The translations under genes and the position numbers were made by a program. From IMG/VR virus record IMGVR_UViG_3300037193_001436, positions 32,001-96,000 of that record: a stretch of 64,000 nucleotides of DNA; one strand, given 5' to 3'. The DNA comes from a virus. The notes beneath the pieces are model-generated. The model made no database searches and had not been told where the DNA came from. It worked only from the letters and a program-made list of their open reading frames with translations. Shown here in pieces: positions 36,131 through 44,623 of the stretch; the first letter of the stretch is position 1, and each line of letters starts with the position of its first letter.

Positions 36131-36257
36131 CCTATGTCTATTCCTAGGTAAATCCCTATGTCTTATGGAAGGGTCAGTCACTGACCCCATAAAAGGTCAC
36201 TCACTGACCTATCGAAGGGTCACTCACTGACCCCTTGAAGGGTCACTCACTGACCCA
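36131..36257. repeat. putative replication origin: four iterons with 23-bp period plus an AT-rich tract
   Basis: GGTCA(C/G)TCACTGACC units starting near 36169, 36192, 36215 and 36238; adjacent CCTATGTCT repeats. Confidence 0.85.
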
Positions 36258-36700
36258 TTGCGCTGCCGGAAGTCGACTACTCTCAGTCGCGGAGGTGGCG
36301 GATCGAACATGGGCGGCAAGGCCGTCTGGTCGGTCCGGTGGGAGGCTCGGATCATGTCGAACTGCGCCGACCAGTACAGCCGGATGATGCTCGGTGGTCG
36401 GCCTGGAGACCCATCGCCTGGCCGTGCGTGACGGGTGAGATAGCCGTGATCGCTCTGCAGCGACGCGAGCACCTTCTTCACCGTGTTCTTCGTGAGGCTC
36501 GTCCAGGCCACGAGCGCCGGGATCGACGAGTAGGCCTGCATCACCTGGCCTACGGGAGCCCTCTCTGGGTTGTCCTCCCGGTAGAAGGCGTGGTGGGTCA
36601 GCACCAGCAGCAGGTGATGTTCACTGGGGCCAAGGAAGGCCGCTTGCTCGAATGCCCAGTTCATGGCCACGTGACTCTTGGTGTCGCCAGGGGGTATCAT
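36224..36700 (-). CDS. HTH_36-type replication initiator N-terminal domain
   Basis: AMNWAF...SEHHLLLVL...YSSIPALVAWTSLTKNTVKKVLASL winged-helix pattern. Confidence 0.75.
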   Translation of the reverse strand: MIPPGDTKSHVAMNWAFEQAAFLGPSEHHLLLVLTHHAFYREDNPERAPVGQVMQAYSSIPALVAWTSLTKNTVKKVLASLQSDHGYLTRHARPGDGSPGRPPSIIRLYWSAQFDMIRASHRTDQTALPPMFDPPPPRLRVVDFRQRNGSVSDPSRGQ

Positions 36701-36723
36701 CAGCCCTACTTCTGTGAGTGGTA

Positions 36724-36755
36724 GAGGGGCCCCGAAATGCCTGCCGGGGCCCCTC
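36724..36755. terminator. hairpin terminator
   Basis: AGAGGGGCCCCG...CGGGGCCCCTCT. Confidence 0.65.
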
Positions 36756-36763
36756 TTTACGTG

Positions 36764-37858
36764 TCAGTCCTCGCTGATGACGTCGCCGGTCTTCGGGTCG
36801 ACGGTCCGCATCGGGACGCCCTTCGGCGGCCGTCCACGGCCCTGCTTGTGCCAGTTGCCGTCCTCGTCCTGCCACTCCTTCACGCCGCGTTGGGCGGCGG
36901 TGCGTTTGCGGGCCGGGGTGCCGTCCTTGCGCGGCCGACCGCCCTTCGGCGAGACGTCCTCCGGCTCTTCGGCCTGGATCTCCTCGGGATCGGTCACGAG
37001 GTCGGCTTCCGTGCTGCCGGTGTACTTCTCGATCGCCTCGCCGAGCAGTTTGTAGAGCGCCGACGGCTCGACCTCAGGCTTGAGGGTCATGGCCGCGTGA
37101 GCGCAGTCAAGGCTGTGGACCAGGGACAGCGATGAGGTCAGCGCGTGCAGGACGACGTCAGCACCCACGGGCAGCGGCTTGTCCGCGACCTGAGTGGTCG
37201 TCTGTGCCCTGTGGCGGGCCCGGGATACCTCGGCCTCCACCGACTCCTCCTGGACGCTCTCAGGGGCTTCTGCGGGCTTCTCGCGGGGCTTGCCCCGGCG
37301 CGGCCGTGGGGCCTGCTCGGGCTCGTCGTCGAGGGACTTGTCCTTGGCGGTCCGGCGGCGGCGCGGTTCGGGCTCCGGTTCCGGCTCGGTCTGCTCGTCC
37401 TCGTCGTCGCCGAGGTGCAGGTCGTCGAGGCCGGAGGTCAGGTCGAGGACCTTGATCCCCTTGGTCTGAGCCAGGTCGACCAGCTTCTCGGTCGCCTCGT
37501 CGGCCTCGGACTCCTCGCCGTAGGCCACGATCAGCCGGACCTCTTCGTCGGCCTCGGGGGCCGACAGCCGGTCGACCAGACCGAGAGACACGTTGCGGGC
37601 CTCGATCTCGCCCTTGGAGCCGTCCAGGATCCGCTTGTTCTTGCGCGTCTCGACGTCGTAGACGGCCTCGTACGGGATCTTCGAGTCGACGGTCCAGTCC
37701 AGGAGCATCAGGACGGTCTTGGACAGGTACTCGTCGGACGCCGGGATGACCACCCGGACGTCGTCATACAGCTCCAGGTAGTCGTTCAGCAGGTCGTCGA
37801 TGTTGGTCTCGGTGACCTTCCCAGGCCCGGCAAACCCGAGCAAGATATTGCGTCCCAT
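36764..37858 (-). CDS. Rossmann-like N-terminal domain protein with C-terminal AT-hooks
   Basis: RRGKPR, GGRPRK and GRGRPPK motifs; acidic linkers. Confidence 0.65.
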   Translation of the reverse strand: MGRNILLGFAGPGKVTETNIDDLLNDYLELYDDVRVVIPASDEYLSKTVLMLLDWTVDSKIPYEAVYDVETRKNKRILDGSKGEIEARNVSLGLVDRLSAPEADEEVRLIVAYGEESEADEATEKLVDLAQTKGIKVLDLTSGLDDLHLGDDEDEQTEPEPEPEPRRRRTAKDKSLDDEPEQAPRPRRGKPREKPAEAPESVQEESVEAEVSRARHRAQTTTQVADKPLPVGADVVLHALTSSLSLVHSLDCAHAAMTLKPEVEPSALYKLLGEAIEKYTGSTEADLVTDPEEIQAEEPEDVSPKGGRPRKDGTPARKRTAAQRGVKEWQDEDGNWHKQGRGRPPKGVPMRTVDPKTGDVISED

Positions 37859-37939
37859 CAACCCTCTCCTCGAACGCGTTCTAACAACTAGTTCCGACTT
37901 GGGTTCACGGTACAGGAACCCATGGACGGTTTGCGAGCG

Positions 37940-38200
37940 TCAGGGCAGATTGGGTATCCGGGTCCGGCGCGGGAGCACCATCGGGGGCACCTCGCGGCCC
38001 AGCGCGAGGGTGTGGAGCAGGCCGACCGCACCGGTGCAGGCGAGCGCTGCCCGCCAGTCCGGCCAGGCCAGAGCGAGGGCCAGACCGAAGACGAGCAGCG
38101 GCTGGACCCAGGTAGGGGGTGTCCAGGGGGACACCGTGAGAGCTGACTCCCACGCCCCGAACACCCCCAGCACGAGGATGACGAATCCGAAGACGCTCAC
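37940..38200 (-). CDS. small membrane protein (lysis-associated?)
   Basis: Two to three TM segments; GTGA overlap with the holin. Confidence 0.65.
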   Translation of the reverse strand: MSVFGFVILVLGVFGAWESALTVSPWTPPTWVQPLLVFGLALALAWPDWRAALACTGAVGLLHTLALGREVPPMVLPRRTRIPNLP

Positions 38201-38520
38201 GCGGCAGCCCGGTGCTCCGCCTCGGGCGGGACGTCCTTGACGCCGATCGAGGCGACCTCGGCCGCGACACCGGTCGGCTTCCAGACGTGGTAGTGGGTGG
38301 CGACGGCGATCAGCCAGTTGATCGCTGTCTGGCCCAGGACGGTCTTCCAGTTCTCCAGGGTCCCGGCGGTGATCAGGTCGGTGAGTCCGGCGCTGATCGC
38401 GGCAACGAGTAGGAGCAGGACAGCCTTGAGATTGCGGTTCCAGGTTGCCTTGGTGAGCACGCCGACCAGTAGCGGCAGCAGCAAGCTGACGCAGATGTTG
38501 AGCCACTGATAGAGGTCCAT
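38197..38520 (-). CDS. holin
   Basis: Three TM segments; LPLLVG.LTK...HYHVWKPTG actinophage holin pattern. Confidence 0.75.
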   Translation of the reverse strand: MDLYQWLNICVSLLLPLLVGVLTKATWNRNLKAVLLLLVAAISAGLTDLITAGTLENWKTVLGQTAINWLIAVATHYHVWKPTGVAAEVASIGVKDVPPEAEHRAAA

Positions 38521-38532
38521 GCGGCGTTCTTA

Positions 38533-39156
38533 TCAGTTGTTGGGCGGAATTTGAGTTGATGGATCGAACAAAGGCCGCAGCCTCTTCATGACGACCTCGG
38601 CCCAGAAACTGGTGCCGACCCCGTTTTTGGGGTGCACGCCGCCGGAATCGAGGTAGTAGCTGATCCGGGCGGGGTCCTGAGCGAACCACTCCGACCAGGG
38701 CACGACGTGGTTCTTGTCCAGCACGTTGCGGATCTGGTTGTTGATGAAGCCGGAGTTGCGCTGGTCGGCGGTGTAGTAGTTCGGGCGGCTGGCCTGGACG
38801 TCGACCCACAGCAGGTGCTGGACGCCCGGCAGGGTGACGTCGAACAGCCGGTGGATCTGGGCTTCCATCACTGTGGGCGTGAAGATGTCGTTGGTGCCGG
38901 TGGCCATCACCAGGATGGGTGGCAGGACCGTCGCCGACAGCACGTAATCGACCGCCGGGGTGGTCGGCCGTCCGCTCCAGTAGTTGACCGCCAGCGTCTT
39001 ACCTTCGGCCTGGACGGCGGCCGTCAGCTCCTCCTTCCCCAGTGTGGTGATGGAGTCGCCAACGATCAGCACGTCCGCCTGGTCCATCGCCGGACCAACG
39101 TAGCCGTGCTGGTTACCCGACCAGGGCCCGAGCGTCCCTGACCCGAAGTCGACCAT
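38533..39156 (-). CDS. SGNH/GDSL esterase
   Basis: VGDSIT, G, GTND and DSGGVHP blocks. Confidence 0.8.
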   Translation of the reverse strand: MVDFGSGTLGPWSGNQHGYVGPAMDQADVLIVGDSITTLGKEELTAAVQAEGKTLAVNYWSGRPTTPAVDYVLSATVLPPILVMATGTNDIFTPTVMEAQIHRLFDVTLPGVQHLLWVDVQASRPNYYTADQRNSGFINNQIRNVLDKNHVVPWSEWFAQDPARISYYLDSGGVHPKNGVGTSFWAEVVMKRLRPLFDPSTQIPPNN

Positions 39157-39416
39157 CAGGACTCCTCCGTCGGGGAGACCACTTGCTCAGTCGACGTGTG
39201 CTTCTGCAACTCGACTGATGTCACGTTGGGAGAGGCGGCGATGTAGTCGATGAAGGTCTGAACGAACTCATCCAGATTGCCTGTCCCCCAGTCGTTTCTG
39301 TAGTTGATGGCAAAGAGCACCTCGACGCTTTGGAAGTCATCGGTGTTGAATCCAGTGAGGTAGATCCGGCCGCTCTCATAGACGGGCTGACTGGTAGTCG
39401 GATCGCTGAAAGGCAT
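39156..39416 (-). CDS. hypothetical protein, lower GC
   Basis: TGATG coupling. Confidence 0.55.
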   Translation of the reverse strand: MPFSDPTTSQPVYESGRIYLTGFNTDDFQSVEVLFAINYRNDWGTGNLDEFVQTFIDYIAASPNVTSVELQKHTSTEQVVSPTEES

Positions 39417-39436
39417 GTCAATTCCCCAGATAGTTG

Positions 39437-40108
39437 TTAGTTAGCCCCCAGGTACTCGACCTGGAAGTACGTGAGGTTGGCTCCCGCCTTGGCCAGCAGG
39501 TTTCCGCCAGCATCTTGTGACGCGAGGACTCGGATTTGGGCACCAGCACCGAATTGAAGGGTCTTGGATACCGCCGACGTGCACCCGCTCCTCTGCGTGC
39601 CCGCGACGACGTTGTAGGCGACGTTGGTGATGATCGGGCTTCCGCCACTCGCGCCGGAGTAGACCTGGCACAGCCGAATGCCGGTCGTAGCCGAGATGTC
39701 GAAGTACACAGCGGCGGTGACTCGGTACCGACCCGTCAAGGCAGGCATCGTCAGAACGCCTGCAGAGTAGGCGAATCCTCCCGCCGTAGAGTCCTGAGTC
39801 CAGTTGATCAGGTTGAGGGCTGACCAGGTCGCGGTGGACTGGTCGGTGGCCAGGTAGCCGAACCAGTACGGCTTGACGGCGTTGGCTGCGTTCGCGGTCG
39901 TCTGCGCCGCAGCAGCCGCAGCCACAGCCGAATCCGCCGTAGCCTGGGCCGCGTCGGCGTCTGCTTGCGCGGCGGCGACCTGCGCCGCCAGCGAAGTGTC
40001 GGTGTCGTCGCCGATCCCGATGCGCCGGTCGAGGTCAGCAACCGCCGGATACAGGGGCGAGCTGTACCACTCCTGCGATCCCTGGTCCGGAAGGTTGTAG
40101 CGGGTCAT
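39437..40108 (-). CDS. tail fibre/receptor-binding protein with C1q-like head
   Basis: Ala-rich coiled coil followed by a G.Y.V.A.V beta-sandwich. Confidence 0.65.
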   Translation of the reverse strand: MTRYNLPDQGSQEWYSSPLYPAVADLDRRIGIGDDTDTSLAAQVAAAQADADAAQATADSAVAAAAAAQTTANAANAVKPYWFGYLATDQSTATWSALNLINWTQDSTAGGFAYSAGVLTMPALTGRYRVTAAVYFDISATTGIRLCQVYSGASGGSPIITNVAYNVVAGTQRSGCTSAVSKTLQFGAGAQIRVLASQDAGGNLLAKAGANLTYFQVEYLGAN

Positions 40109-40632
40109 GTCGACTTGGCGGGCTCGACAAGGATCTCGCGGTAGAAGACGTCGAAGTTGCCGCCGGTACACAGGTGCATGGTGCGGATGTTGTACGCACC
40201 GCCCGGTGTCAGGCCGGTTATCAGCTTGCGCCGCGACGCGTTGATGCGAGCTGCTGCTGTGAATCCGAGAACGCCGACGCCGTTGTCGGTCGTGGCGGTG
40301 GTGAACACAGTTCCGCTGCCGATGGTGCTGCCGGTCCGGATCTCGTAGGCCATGTAGCAGCCCTCACCGGCGGTGTTGGTTTCCATGTGAGCCGAGACGG
40401 TCGCGTAGATCTTGCCGTTGCCGGGTGCGGTGAACGGGACTCCGCAGACGGGACTTCCGGGTGCGAAGGTAGTGGTGGTCTGTGCGAGCAGGTCCGTCGT
40501 GTCCGAGGCGCTGGCGGGTTGGGTGGCTATGACCGCCGTGTGAGCGTCGATCGTTGCCGACAGCCCCGTGATCGCGGCATTGAGCGCGTCGCCCCAGTTC
40601 AACGACCCGACGGCCGGGAGGGTAACTGTCAT
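40105..40632 (-). CDS. minor tail protein/short fibre
   Basis: LP..G..NWGD.LN N-terminal anchor; beta-rich domain. Confidence 0.6.
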   Translation of the reverse strand: MTVTLPAVGSLNWGDALNAAITGLSATIDAHTAVIATQPASASDTTDLLAQTTTTFAPGSPVCGVPFTAPGNGKIYATVSAHMETNTAGEGCYMAYEIRTGSTIGSGTVFTTATTDNGVGVLGFTAAARINASRRKLITGLTPGGAYNIRTMHLCTGGNFDVFYREILVEPAKST

Positions 40633-40638
40633 GACCGA

Positions 40639-41877
40639 TCAGCCTCCGTAGGGGCCCGAGCCGTACGGGCCAGATCCGTAAGGGGTAGTTGTTGCACTCG
40701 CGCTGTCCGCGTAGACCGGATCGCCAACGACCAGCCCCAACTGAACATTCTCCCGGAGTGTCTTGCCCAAGGCGTAATGGCGATTGAGCTTGTCCTTGTA
40801 GTAGTAACTACGCGCCTTGCCCGGCGTGCCGTCGAGTTCCCACACGTAGTCGGGCAGGCCGGAGTCGCCATCGAAGTACGGCTTGAGCCCGTTGCCCTCC
40901 TCAACCATCGCTGCATCGATCCGGATCGAGGTCGCGCCGTAGCTGGTGATCTGCAGGCTTGCGGTGACGGTGTTCGCGGTGAAGGAAACCCAGAGCCTGC
41001 GCCAGTCCGGGGCCCCCGGCATGCCGAGCGGCGCGGACTCCCAAGACATCGCGCTGGTCTCGATGCCGGTCTCATTGCGCGCGCCGTTGACCTGAATGCC
41101 GACGTCGTTGCCGTCCATGGACCGGATGTAGACGCTGGCGGTGTACCTACGGCCGGGCGTCAGGGTCTTGACCACGTGGGTGACGGTCTCGCCGAAGGTG
41201 AGGCTGGTGGCGGCGCAGCACGCGGTGCCCTTGACGGCGTCGGTGGTGATCCTGGCCAGGCTGCCGCCGACGGTTGCCCAGTCGGTGAGGTCGACCTCGA
41301 AGGACGGGTTGGTGGCGTGGTTGAGCCGCGTCGGCCGGACCCAGACGTCGAGGCTGCGAGCAGGGCTGTAGGCCGACGGGACACTGTTCTGGATCGGTGC
41401 GATCTCCCACTGGACGTCGTCGATGTGCTGGACGGTGCCGGTGGGCATGGACTTGTAGACCAGGCCGACGGCGGCGTACGCGGCGCGCTTCCAGGCGACG
41501 TTGTCGGTGGGTGCGTACAGGGTCATGAAGTGCCGGGTCCAGTTGGCTCCGACTCCGGCGGACACTGTTCCGTTGTTGTCGGCAACGGCGATGGCCATGG
41601 CTGGGTCGGATTCGGTGGCCGGGAAGAACGCGAAGTCGGTCATGCTGGCCAGCTCATCGCTGACCCAGATGCCGATGCTGCCGCCGATACCGACGTCGAG
41701 CGCGCCGGGAATGGCTCCGAGGTCGATCGGGACGATGACGTAGATGTCGATCGAGCCCTCGGAGAAGGCGACCGCCGGGGACTCCCCGAGTTCGGTGAGG
41801 ACGGACTGCAGGATCTCCAGTACGGCCACGCCAGGGAAGTCGAGGCGGCCTTCGGCAACGAGTTGATCGGTGGTCAT
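40639..41877 (-). CDS. minor tail protein with CBM4/9-like domain
   Basis: NHATNPSFE..W, LTPGRRYTASVY, W.RL..SFTA, YFDG. Confidence 0.7.
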   Translation of the reverse strand: MTTDQLVAEGRLDFPGVAVLEILQSVLTELGESPAVAFSEGSIDIYVIVPIDLGAIPGALDVGIGGSIGIWVSDELASMTDFAFFPATESDPAMAIAVADNNGTVSAGVGANWTRHFMTLYAPTDNVAWKRAAYAAVGLVYKSMPTGTVQHIDDVQWEIAPIQNSVPSAYSPARSLDVWVRPTRLNHATNPSFEVDLTDWATVGGSLARITTDAVKGTACCAATSLTFGETVTHVVKTLTPGRRYTASVYIRSMDGNDVGIQVNGARNETGIETSAMSWESAPLGMPGAPDWRRLWVSFTANTVTASLQITSYGATSIRIDAAMVEEGNGLKPYFDGDSGLPDYVWELDGTPGKARSYYYKDKLNRHYALGKTLRENVQLGLVVGDPVYADSASATTTPYGSGPYGSGPYGG

Positions 41878-43922
41878 AGGTTGAACATCCCGTGATTCGC
41901 GATCGCCGAGTTGAACGAGTCGGTCACCTGCGCGACCTGGGTTCCGTTCTTGTAGACCGTGAGCACCGAGCCGTTCATGTCGACCATCATTCGGTCGCCG
42001 TCGGCGAAGGGGGTGGCGAAGCCAGCCAGGGAGGTGAACGCCCCGGCGACGACCTTGCCGATGCTGGTGCGGCTGACGCGGAACATGTTGCTGGCGTCGG
42101 AGATCCGCAACACCAGACCATGGAAGTGTCCCGCCAGCGGGCTCTTGCCGAAGGTGACGGCGACGCGGCCGTTGGCCGACAGGCCGGTGATCCGGGTGAT
42201 CTGTGTGGCGGCCGGGTTGGCCGGATAGGCCAGGCCGTCATCGACGATCCAGTTCGAGCCGGTGACCACGCCCCAGGTCTGGGTGGACGGCCGGACGTCG
42301 GCGACGCGGGTGGTCCACACGCCGGTGCTCTGCCGGGTGAAGGTGTCGAGGAACGCGGTGGTGCTTTTGGCGGACAGCGTGGTGAGGAACTGGCCGTGCT
42401 CGTCGAACAGCGAGACCCTGGCCTCGACGGCGAGCCCGCCGGTGCCTGCGGTGCCGGTGAGTGGTCCGTGGGCGTAGGCGGAGAAGCACATCCGGATCCG
42501 CTCGTCGAACCCGAGGGCTTCCCAGACGTCGTCGCCGTCGGGTTCACCGGGGGGCTGGGCTCCGAGGGCTTCTTTGATCGCGCGCCACGGGCGGCCCTTG
42601 TGCAGGACGATGTCACCGCGTGCGTACTCGACCTCGGCGTCCCAGTGTTCTGTTGCCTGAGGCACCGGTACGCCGTACCGGATGACGGTCTCGGGGTCCC
42701 AGGTGGTGCCGCCGGACAGGTAGCTGACCGATCGGACCAGGACGTCCTTGGTGGAGGCGTTGGTGTTCTTGACGACCAGGACGTTGGAGTCGTTGCGGCC
42801 GGTGTGGGCGTCGAAGCTGACTCCGACGTTCACGTACAGCGGGTCGCTGGTGTTGATCGGCAGGGCGCAGTACAGGGGTGACTCGGGACCCTGCAGAAGT
42901 GCTTGCCAGGTGGAGATGTTGGCCGACTTGGCCCGGTACAGGGTGCCGTCGGCGTGCCGGTCGAGGGCGGTCCACCAGGTGTTGCTGGTGGCTGTCAGCG
43001 GGGGCTTCTGGGCGTCTCCCAGTGCTCCGACGGCCTTGGCCTCGAACTCGTTGCCCGCGAACACTACGCGGTCCCCGGGTCGGCCATTGACGGTGTCCGG
43101 GCCGACGTACTGGCGGGTGGCGATCCACTCCGGGTACTGCTCGGGGCTATAGAACGAGGACTGGTCCTGGGTGAGCATGAGGTTGCGGCCGAGCACGATC
43201 TCGGTGTCGTAGCCTGCGCTGAGCCCGACCAGATCCCGCAGGCCGGAGCGAAGCCCGCGCACCTTGCTGAGCAGGGAAGCGTTGGTGACACGCTGGCGCA
43301 TGAGTCGTGCGGGCAGTGCGTGCAGGTACTCGACCCCGAACTGCGACGCCAGGGACTCCAGGTCGGACAGGTGCACGACGCTGGGATCGTTGGCTGCAGG
43401 CAACGTCTTCGCGTAGCTGCGGATGTAGTCGACGCCGAACGCGAGGATGTTGACGAAGTTCCGCAGCTCTTGGTTCTCGATGTTGCCGGTGAGTTCGTTC
43501 GGGACGGCCAGCCGGAAGTACCTGGGGATGAAGGACAGCAAGGTGTCCTGGGTGCTCTCGCCGACGACTGCCAGGGTCGACGTCATCCCGGCGCGCTGCC
43601 AGTCGCCGTCGATCAGCAGGTACAGCGTGTAGTACCGAAAGGCGCTGAGCGATGGCGTGCTGCCGTCGATGTCGACGTACTGGCCGGGGGTGGTGGGGCC
43701 GGTGAGGTCGAGCAGAATGTCGCCGTCGTCGGCGGTGGTGGCCCAGCCGTACCGGGATCCGAGCAGCCGGAAGCCGGTCCAGTCTCCGGGCGGGTTGGTC
43801 CACTGCACGCGGGTCCGGCCGTTGCCGATCGGGTCGGCGGTGAAGGGTTCGACTCCGTAGTCGACGGCCAGCGGTGTGCCGTACCGGCTCAGTGCATAGA
43901 AATCGGCTTCGTAGATGGCCAT
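41874..43922 (-). CDS. baseplate wedge (gpI-like) protein with carbohydrate-binding modules
   Basis: IPRYFR..LRNFVNILA..P...L.SLA..FG..KVRG pattern; W....Y..GD.V repeats. Confidence 0.65.
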   Translation of the reverse strand: MAIYEADFYALSRYGTPLAVDYGVEPFTADPIGNGRTRVQWTNPPGDWTGFRLLGSRYGWATTADDGDILLDLTGPTTPGQYVDIDGSTPSLSAFRYYTLYLLIDGDWQRAGMTSTLAVVGESTQDTLLSFIPRYFRLAVPNELTGNIENQELRNFVNILAFGVDYIRSYAKTLPAANDPSVVHLSDLESLASQFGVEYLHALPARLMRQRVTNASLLSKVRGLRSGLRDLVGLSAGYDTEIVLGRNLMLTQDQSSFYSPEQYPEWIATRQYVGPDTVNGRPGDRVVFAGNEFEAKAVGALGDAQKPPLTATSNTWWTALDRHADGTLYRAKSANISTWQALLQGPESPLYCALPINTSDPLYVNVGVSFDAHTGRNDSNVLVVKNTNASTKDVLVRSVSYLSGGTTWDPETVIRYGVPVPQATEHWDAEVEYARGDIVLHKGRPWRAIKEALGAQPPGEPDGDDVWEALGFDERIRMCFSAYAHGPLTGTAGTGGLAVEARVSLFDEHGQFLTTLSAKSTTAFLDTFTRQSTGVWTTRVADVRPSTQTWGVVTGSNWIVDDGLAYPANPAATQITRITGLSANGRVAVTFGKSPLAGHFHGLVLRISDASNMFRVSRTSIGKVVAGAFTSLAGFATPFADGDRMMVDMNGSVLTVYKNGTQVAQVTDSFNSAIANHGMFNL

Positions 43923-44623
43923 TACGGCAGTTCCCGCAGGCAGATCGAGGACAGGAAGGCACTGTTCACTCGGGCCGAGCGGCTGGAGTTCTGGTTGACC
44001 AGGAGCTTCACCTTCGCGCCCCGGGGAGCGACACCGAGGAACACCGGGGCCTGGTAGACGCCACGGATCTCGGGGTTGTAGTGCTCGGTTCGGACGACCG
44101 AGCTGTTGCCGGTGCCGTTGATCGAGATGACCGCGCTGTAGGTGCCGAACCCGTCCGACAGCGGCAGCGGGTAGGTGTCCCAGTTGCTCTGGGCCCGGAT
44201 GAAGTAGAAGCCGGTCTTGGGCAGGGTGAGGCCGTAGCCGTTGTAGGACCGGGCGGTGTCGTAGGCGGGCTTGGGGAACGGCAGCATGCGGTACGGGACG
44301 GTGGGTCCGGCCAGCTCGCCGGGGAACCACTTGTCGGTGGCGGCTGCGGAGAAGACGGGCAGGTGCTCGCCGCGTCGCAGCGACAGGAGCTGCGCGGCGA
44401 TGTCCTTGAACTTGGTGAGGGTCTGCTGCAGCGCACCCTCGTCGTCGATGTTGTCCTGGTCGATCTCCTGCTGGATGTCGGCGACCTCGTTGACCAGCGG
44501 GCCGAGGACTTCTTGGATCGCGACAACTTCGTCCTGCAGGTCGTTGACGTGCTCGGCCTTGACGTCGTCGATGAGGTTGCGGTGGGTCGGGAACGCCTTG
44601 ATTCCACGAGGGAACACGGCCAT
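43922..44623 (-). CDS. minor tail protein
   Basis: AEHVNDLQDEVVAIQ anchor plus C1q-like C-terminus. Confidence 0.65.
   Translation of the reverse strand: MAVFPRGIKAFPTHRNLIDDVKAEHVNDLQDEVVAIQEVLGPLVNEVADIQQEIDQDNIDDEGALQQTLTKFKDIAAQLLSLRRGEHLPVFSAAATDKWFPGELAGPTVPYRMLPFPKPAYDTARSYNGYGLTLPKTGFYFIRAQSNWDTYPLPLSDGFGTYSAVISINGTGNSSVVRTEHYNPEIRGVYQAPVFLGVAPRGAKVKLLVNQNSSRSARVNSAFLSSICLRELP

Noticed and set aside
36169-36257. Possible CRISPR mini-array
   Set aside because: The 23-bp period leaves only a few variable bases, no cas operon is present, and the context fits iterons
40639-40690. PYGSGPYGSGPYGG C-terminal repeat
   Set aside because: Short YG repeats are common docking motifs in tail proteins; there is no reverse transcriptase or template repeat to suggest a DGR
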